Part shown: positions 56,501-64,000 of the stretch, piece after piece
Position numbering within the stretch: position 1 is the first letter of the stretch
How the letters are laid out: the number at the start of each line of letters is the position of its first letter
Assembly (NCBI GenBank): GCA_964016885.1
Contig: OZ024740.1
Coordinates: forward strand, 261,578,001 to 261,642,000
Direction of reading: 5' to 3'
DNA: 64,000 nt
From: Eledone cirrhosa
Lineage: Eukaryota
Made by a program: the position numbers and the translations under genes
Notes under the pieces: model-generated
Seen by the model: only the letters and a program-made list of their open reading frames with translations
Databases searched by the model: none
Told to the model about the DNA's origin: nothing

Positions 56501-59500
56501 CATAATAGGGAACATGCTTTGAACCCGGATCAAAGGCAACCCTACTGCGATTTCCCTTCGCACTATACGTGGGATAAGAAGAGAAAGAAATGGAATGATA
56601 GAAAACAAAAGTTGAGATTCATGACTATTGGATGGGTTTGTAATGTCCATCCAGCATCTGGTGATGTGTTTTATCTCCGAATTCTGTTACATAATATTTT
56701 TGGAGAGGTAAACAGAGCTTCACTGATATGAAAACAATCAATGGCGTGAAATATGAAACATACCAGGCTGTGTGTCAGCATCTGGAACTCCTTCAGGATG
56801 ACGCTGAATGGAATAACGCCATGGAAGCTGCAGGAACAACACAGATGCCGGCTCAAATAAGGCAGTTGTTTGTCACGATTCTAGGATTCTGCAATCCTGC
56901 CGATCCAAGAGAGTTATTTGAACGCCATTGGGGAATTATGGCTGATGGTTTTAGGCATCATCTTCAGGTCGATGATGAAAATTTGATGAAAGCTATTGTT
57001 TTGCTCAATATTGAGCAACTGCTTGAAGTTCATTTCAAATGTTTAACAGATTTCAATTTGCCAATTCCTGATGAAGAAATGCGGCAACGTGTCTTAACAT
57101 TGAACATGAGATTGCAGCTTAGGCAGTTGCAACTCGATCGGAGGGAACTATTCCAGTTTGATCCACTGGAGCAGCAACGTATTGTGGATGAACGTATGCC
57201 AATGTTGACCCAATCTCAGAGATTGATCGATGGCGTTCTCCATCGATTTCCACTAATGAGCAACTTTGTGCTTTCATAGATGCTCCAGGAGGCACCGGAA
57301 AGACATTCTTTTTCAACACTATGTTATCGGCAGTCAGAGCTCAGAGGAAGATTGCTCTCCCTGTGGCCACCAGTCGGATCGCTGCCACTTTGCTGAGTGG
57401 TGGAAGGACCTTCCACTCATGCTTCAAGGCTCCATTGGCTCCGGATGAGTTGAGGGTCTGTAACATTACAGGACAAAGTGAACTCGCGGGCCTTATACGC
57501 AATACGTCTCTGATTATTTGGGACAAGACAGATATTTGCTGGAGGCATTGGACAGAACTTTGAGAGATATCTGCGGTAGTGACCTGCCATTCGGTGGTAA
57601 GACTATCGTTCTTGGTGGCGATTTCAGACAGGTGCTACCAATTGTTAGGAATGCTCAAAGAGCGCAAATTGTCGATGCATATCTGAAAAAGTCCCCGTTG
57701 TGGCGCCATATCAGAGTATTGCGATTACGAGAAAATATGTGACTGCGTATGTTCAGGCAAAACAAAGAGGCTGAGACATACGGCCAATAGTTGATGCAGT
57801 TGGGAAACGATGAATTTCCACACGTTGGTGATAATCAGACTGTAAGAATCCCAGACCATTTGGTCATGCCACTGGACCACCAAGCATTGATTGACTGGGT
57901 GTTCCCTAATTTGAATGCTTTTTGGCAGAATATCTCCTGGATATCGGAACGCGTTATTCTAACTCATACAAATGCAATGGTCGATGAAATAAATTCACAA
58001 GTAGCCGGAATGTTTCCTGGAGAGGAATGGTTGACCGTCAGTGCGGATGCAATGGAGCCTAATCAGCAGAACAATATGGATGTTCCGACTGAGTATCTGA
58101 ATTCACTTCAAATACCCGAATTCCCCCCACATATTTTGAGGTTGAAAAGGGTATGCCGATTATATTGCTTAGAAATCATAAAATAGGTCTTTGCAATGGT
58201 ACCAGATTGATTGTCGAGAGATTGATTAACTCAAGAGTTTTAGAAGATAAACTCCCAGGCAGAGAGGACTCGGTTCTCATTCCGAGGATCATGCTGAGAC
58301 CAAGTGAAGATCTGCTGCCATTTATTTGGAAAAGGAGACAGTTTCCCGTCAATTTGGCCTTCTCCATGACTGTCAACAAGGCACAGGGACAGACTTTCAA
58401 GCGAGTCGGTGTCTACTTGAATGATCCAGCATTCAGCCATGGGCAACTGTATGTTGCTGCATCTCGAGTGTGCGATCCTGATGGTGTAAAATTTGCAATT
58501 GATACCACTAACAGAGGAACAACCCTGAATATTGTCTATAATGAAGCTTTGAGCTGATGTATGCATATCTTTAATGCTATCAATAAGCGACGTAAATGAT
58601 TCGGACATTGGTGTCCTTTGATCAGTATTGTGAGCTTTGACAGAGTTATCATTTATGTTCAATGTCATTTAATGTCGTTATGAGCAATAAAAACAAACAA
58701 GTATTGGTAAAAATTGCTTTCACTGCTATGTTGCGCAATAAATACCAACAAGTATTGGTAGAAATTGCCTTCACTGCTATGAATATTCGACGTAAATGAT
58801 TCAGACATTGGTGTCCTTTGATCAGTATTGTGAGCTTTGACAGAGTTATTATTTATGTTCAATGTCATTTATTTTCAATGTCATTTAATGAGCAATAAAA
58901 AACCAACAAGTATTGGTAGAAATTGCCTTCAAATTTATCGCTTCTGATAGCGGTGGTAATAAAACCTAATCATATGCTGAGTCTGGCAAAAAGTTTGGTG
59001 CCTATGGCCGGCCAGGGGTAGAGTAATATTGAAAAACGATTCTATTTTCGAAGTAGAAGGATCCGCCATTTGGAGTTCAAACCAGGCCACCTCCCCGAGT
59101 TGAACTCTGGACTGTCTATTACTCAGTGGCTAAGAGCCTGGAAATTACTGAATACATTTTTGTGTCATATAATTTATTGTTTTATTATTAAAGCTGACCA
59201 CTTATAGATAAGCATGTTATCCATATTCATATTAATTTAGCATTTGTATAAACCATTTCAAGTAAATAGGGACCTTTTTTACATTGACTGACATCTTTTA
59301 TATTAATTATCTATATCTATATCTACATATAATATAAAAGATTAGAACTTCCATCATCCTTTTGAGAAACGTGGAACAACCAGGTCTATGCAATGATACA
59401 TGTTTTACAGTTAGACAGAAGATGAACCATCTCCTAGAGGTAAATATTGTAGGTGGGAGCACCTAGAATTGTTCATATACTATGCACAATCGGTACAACG

Positions 59501-61548
59501 AAGAATCTGGTATATCTGGAATATTTTTTTACTGTTTTTTGTATCACACAGACAACACAGACTCGCCTCATACTGTAATCAGACAAACATCCAATACAGT
59601 CATTTTCTCTTTTACCTGTCTTCTCTTATCATCTGTTTACCCGGGCAATGCTGGGTACGACAGCTAGTCTATATATTAATTTCAACAATGTCAGTATTCC
59701 GTGTGTCATAACTCTCGATTATCATTGGTTCATAGGTTTCAAACGACTCCGCCCACCTCAACGACGCCAAACTGAAATTAATATACATAATGCCAATGAG
59801 GGAGTGATAGGGGAGAGTGTAAAGGCTGTGTTGGATACACTATGTATATGTGTCAGTGTAGAGAGGTGTATGTGTGATGTGTGTGGAAATAAGAGGGGAA
59901 GGAAAGCAGTAACTATTAACATGTGTTTGTGTGTATGTACGTGCGCATATGTTTATGTGTGTGTGCGGGCGTGCAGCGGTCCACAGAAAGTAAAAACTAT
60001 CAACATGTGTGAGTGTGTGTGTGTGTAAGTTTGCGTGCGTGTGCGCGTTTCCATGCGTGTATGTGTGTGGCGTTCCACAATCGCCACGCAGTTTATCTGT
60101 CTGTGTGCCTGTTTGTTAGTCTAACATACACAGAGTTGTGCAGGGAGTAAATAAAGACCTTTTTTTTACATTGACGGATATCTTTTATATTTAATTTTGT
60201 GTCATATAATTTGTTGTTTTATTATTATAGCTGACCACTTATAGATAAGCGTGTTATCCATATCCATATTAATTTGACATTTGTATAAACTATTTCAAGT
60301 AAATAGGGACTTTTTTTACATTGACGGACATCTTTTATATTAATTATCTATATCTATATCTACATATAATATAAAAGATTGGAACTTCCATCATCCTTTT
60401 GAGAAACGTGGAACAACCACGTCTATGTAATGATACACGTTTTACAATCAGGCAGAAGATGAACCATCTCCTAGAGGTCACTATTCTAGGTGGGAGCACC
60501 TAGAATTGTTCATATACTATGCACAAACGGTACAACGAAGAATCTGTTATATCTGGAAGATTTCTTTTACTGTTTTTTGTATCACACAGACAACACGGAC
60601 TCGCCTCATACTGTAACCAGACAAACATCCAATACAGTCATTTTCTCTTTTACCTGTCTTCTCTTATCTGTTTACCCGGGCGAAGGTGGGTACGTCAGCT
60701 AGTCTATATATTAATTTCAACAATGTCAGTATTCCGTGTGTCATAATTCTCGATTATCATTGGTTCATAGGTTTCAAACGACTCCGCCCACCTCAACGAT
60801 GCCAAACTTAAATTAATACGCATAATGCCAATGAGGAAGTGAGAGGGGAGAGTAAGAAACAGAGAGGCAAAGTGAACGCTGTAACTATTACCATGTGTGC
60901 GTGTGTATGTACGTGCGCGTATGTTTATGTGTGTCTGCGTGCGTGCAGCGTTCCACAGAAAGTAAAAACTATCAACATGTGTGAGTGTGTGCGTGTGTGT
61001 AAGTGCACGGGTGCGTGTGTAAGTTTGCGTACGTTTGCGCGTTTCCATGTGTGTATGTGTGTGTACGTGCGGCCATGAATGAAGAGGAGCTGGCTGAACA
61101 ACGCCAACGAAACACTGGAGCCAAGCAGCGACGGCGTGCTGCGATGGTTGAAGACAAACTGGGTGAGCATCATCTTTTATACTAATTATCTATATCTATA
61201 TCTACATATAATAAAAAAGATTGGAACTTCCACCATCCTTTTGAGAAACGTGGAACAACCACGTCTATGCAATGATACACGTTTTACAGTCAGGCAGAAG
61301 ATGAACCATCTCCTAGAGGTCACTATTCTAGGTGGGAGCACCTAGAATTGTTCGTATACTATGCACAAGCGGTACAACGAAGAATCTGGTATATCTGGAA
61401 TATTTTTTTTTACTGTTTTTTGTATCACACTGACACCACGGACTCGTCTCATACTATAACCAGACAAACATCCAATACAGTCATTTTCTATTTTACATGT
61501 CTTCTTTTATCATCTGTTTACCCGGGTGAAGCTGGGTACCTCAGCTAG
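53524..61548 (+). mobile_element. Helitron head-to-tail trimer (53524-59667 with RepHel; 59668-60702; 60703-61548)
   Basis: A|TC 5' end at 53524; each unit ends TACCCGG..CTGGGTA-like hairpin + CTAG; CTAG|TCTATATATT junctions; final CTAG|T. Confidence 0.9.
53997..58557 (+). pseudogene. Helitron RepHel (HUH Rep + Pif1 helicase), multiply disrupted
   Basis: CPHCGAL, YDPLHYVLLFPKG, GKPDLFITVTCNP, EFPKRGLPHGH, VPYNP, KYLFKYVYKG, PGGTGKT, GGDFRQVLP, LCNGTRL, NKAQGQT, HGQLYVAASRV. Confidence 0.93.
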
Positions 61549-61859
61549 TGGTATAAATGGAGTCATTAGACTAATATTCTATTTAGGAAACCGAATGATT
61601 ATCAGATTCGGAGTTAAGAATAATGTAAATAAATTTGTTGAACGAAAATGACAGATGTTATAAAATATTTAAGATTTATACAATTATATATATACATACA
61701 CACATTTATTATTATTATTATAACTAGCAGAAAAACCGCCCTTCGGCCGGTTTTCTGCTAGCATATGTAGTGTGCATATTGGTATTATACGCAAATATAT
61801 ATGTAAATTGAAAAGTAAATTGGCAATATCTTCTTCTTCGCCCACTTATTTCTGAGAGG

Positions 61860-62470
61860 GTCGTGGGGGCAGAGTCCTTCTTAAACACTCCTTCCAGCGA
61901 GTCTGTCAGTAGCAAACATCTCTAACTGATGCAGCTGGATCCCAAAGCGTGACCAGCCAAGCTCATGGATGTTATCCAACTATCTTGCTCAGGGTCTACC
62001 TCTGGCTCTCTTGCCAGTTGGTTTTGCCTGTAAAATGTGTCCAGCGATTCTAACCACATGCCCATAACATCAGAGTTGTGATCTCTCAATTCGTAGAAGT
62101 AGCAGCTCTACCAGGAGTGACTCTCTGGTCTCTGAGTTATGCACTTTATCGAGTAAAGTTACTCCAAAGACCTTTCGGAGGAATCCCATTTCTGCCGCTT
62201 TTATTTGCAATTGTATTCTTTTGGTCATTACTCAAGATTCATGATCCTCGGTAAGAGTTGGCAGAAATACCAGGAAGACAGCGAGTTTGGCTTTTACACC
62301 TACCCCCTTCTTCTGGTTGCTGAATGCTGAGGCTGGCGCTTTACTGCATCAACTTTTGCAATTCTTGCACTTAATTCAGCCTCCTGCATTCCATCACTCA
62401 TGAACACGGCTCCAAGATACTTGAACTTCTATAACTGCTTCAGTAGAACTCCATTCACATGTATAGAAAT
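61860..62470 (-). mobile_element. RTE-clade LINE 3' fragment
   Basis: Minus translation: FKYLGAVF, GFLRKVFGVTLLDKVHN, IERSQL.CYGHVVR, GKRARGRP. Confidence 0.75.
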
Positions 62471-62589
62471 TTGAGGGACTTCTGTCCACCCGTCCACCAC
62501 ACAATGTGTTTGTGTGAATGTATGTGTGTGTAAAAGGAAGGAAAGGGATACACATATATGTCTCTAAAACTTAAAAACAGTGACACACA

Positions 62590-62856
62590 CATGTCTCTAA
62601 TTTAAGAATAACAGCAACAACATCAACGACACCGTTAGTGGCAGTAGCAACAACAACAGCATCAACAACAACACCAGTAGCAGCAGTAGCGGCAGCAATA
62701 ATGGTGCCGCTGAAAAAGGGGCCACTTCTTTCGCAGATGTGGCCCGAAATATAGAGACAGTGCTAGTCACGGAGGATTTCTTCAAAGACCAGCAGCTGCG
62801 CACGGTGACTTACCGCACCGTAAGCAAAATGTCACATCGGATGGAGAGAGCCACGT
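62590..62856 (+). mobile_element. 5' ORF1 fragment of a related Tx1 LINE
   Basis: SFADVARNIETVLV...QQLRTVTYRTVS..RMERAT parallels SFAGIAKNLETILI...QQHCTVTYRTVS..RVESAT in ORF 32729-33352. Confidence 0.7.
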
Positions 62857-62859
62857 ATT

Positions 62860-63836
62860 ATAATAAACATTTTGAAGACCCAATCGCTATAGAATAGAAT
62901 ACGTCACGTATTACAATTTGAGATTCTCGATAAAAGCAAGGGAAGTAATCTACGCGTTTCATTCTTATTAGAAATCATCAGGACTACATATCCAATGCTT
63001 TTATCGAGAACGACACAGCTAGAGACTTATAGAATACTTAGCTGTGTACAGGAACTGGTTTGAAAGAGCGGTAGCCGGTCCGGCAGCGTGACGTATTCTA
63101 TTCTATAGCGATTGGGTCTTCAAAATGTTTATTATAAACATACAGAATATTTTCGAATATTCTATGTTTGTCTTCACATATATATCGCTATTTCAGAGCA
63201 TTAAATCCAAATTCTAATTTCTGCCGGACCGGCTACCGCTCTTTCAAACCAGTTCCTGTACACAGCTAAGTATTCTATAAGTCTCTAGCTGTGTCGTTCT
63301 CGATAAAAACATTGGATATGTAGTCCTGATGATTTCTAATAAGAATGAAACGCGTAGATTACTTCCCTTGCTTTTATCGAGAATCTCAAATTGTAATACG
63401 TGACGTATTCTATTCTATAGCGATTGGGTCTTCAAAATGTTTATTATAAACATACAGAATATTTTCGAATATTCTATGTTTGTCTTCACATATATATCGC
63501 TATTTCAGAGCATTAAATCCAAATTCTAATTTCTGCCGGACCGGCTACCGCTCTTTCAAACCAGTTCCTGTACACAGCTAAGTATTCTATAAGTCTCTAG
63601 CTGTGTCGTTCTCGATAAAAGCATTGGATATGTAGTCCTGATGATTTCTAATAAGAATGAAACGCGTAGATTACTTCCCTTGCTTTTATCGAGAATCTCA
63701 AATTGTAATACGTGACGTATTCTATTCTATAGCGATTGGGTCTTCAAAATGTTTATTATAAACATACAGAATATTTTCGAATATTCTATGTTTGTCTTCA
63801 CATATATATCGCTATTTCAGAGCATTAAATCCAAAT
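62860..63836 (+). mobile_element. 312-bp HHR tandem array (2.4 direct units + inverted partial unit; retrozyme-like, family E)
   Basis: Units at 63087, 63399, 63711; HHRs 63320-63362(+), 63632-63674(+), 62945-62987(-): gtagtc-CTGATGA-tttctaataagaat-GAAA-cgcGTA-gattac. Confidence 0.85.
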
Positions 63837-64000
63837 ATATATATATATATATACTTTATTGTTATCGCTGCTTTTCTCCTGCTCGTCCTCCCCTTCCTCT
63901 CCTTCCCCTCCGACCCTCCCCCTCCTTATTTTAAAACAAACACAGTCACACATATTGTAAATGTTCGTTTTTGTGCGTTTTTCTCTTTCTCTCTATCTGT

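Overview
AT-rich metazoan genomic DNA. The tRNA-derived SINE family and the very long (TA)n/(CA)n/(CAA)n microsatellites suggest an octopus (inference). The window is almost entirely transposon-derived. It holds two Penelope-like retroelements (PLEs; RT + GIY-YIG), a full-length but degraded L1/Tx1 LINE, an R4/Dong-type LINE, RTE and CR1-like remnants, SINEs, and a head-to-tail Helitron trimer with a RepHel pseudogene. The most striking layer is invisible in the ORF track: about 30 complete, degenerate or half type-I hammerhead ribozyme (HHR) motifs from at least 7 sequence families. They sit in PLE pseudo-LTRs, in short palindromic remnants embedded in (TA)n, and in two non-coding tandem arrays (about 490 bp and 312 bp units) that look like retrozymes. 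Two unrelated HHR families share an upstream octamer(ATGCAAAT)-34/35 nt-TATATA cassette resembling an snRNA-type promoter, and one family has an atypical CAGAAGA core. The first 4.1 kb is a frame-preserving GGT/GGA/AGT repeat preceded on the minus strand by a splice-acceptor-like site, possibly a giant mucin-like (Thr/Ser) or poly-Pro exon. All ribozyme folds were assigned by eye and are untested.
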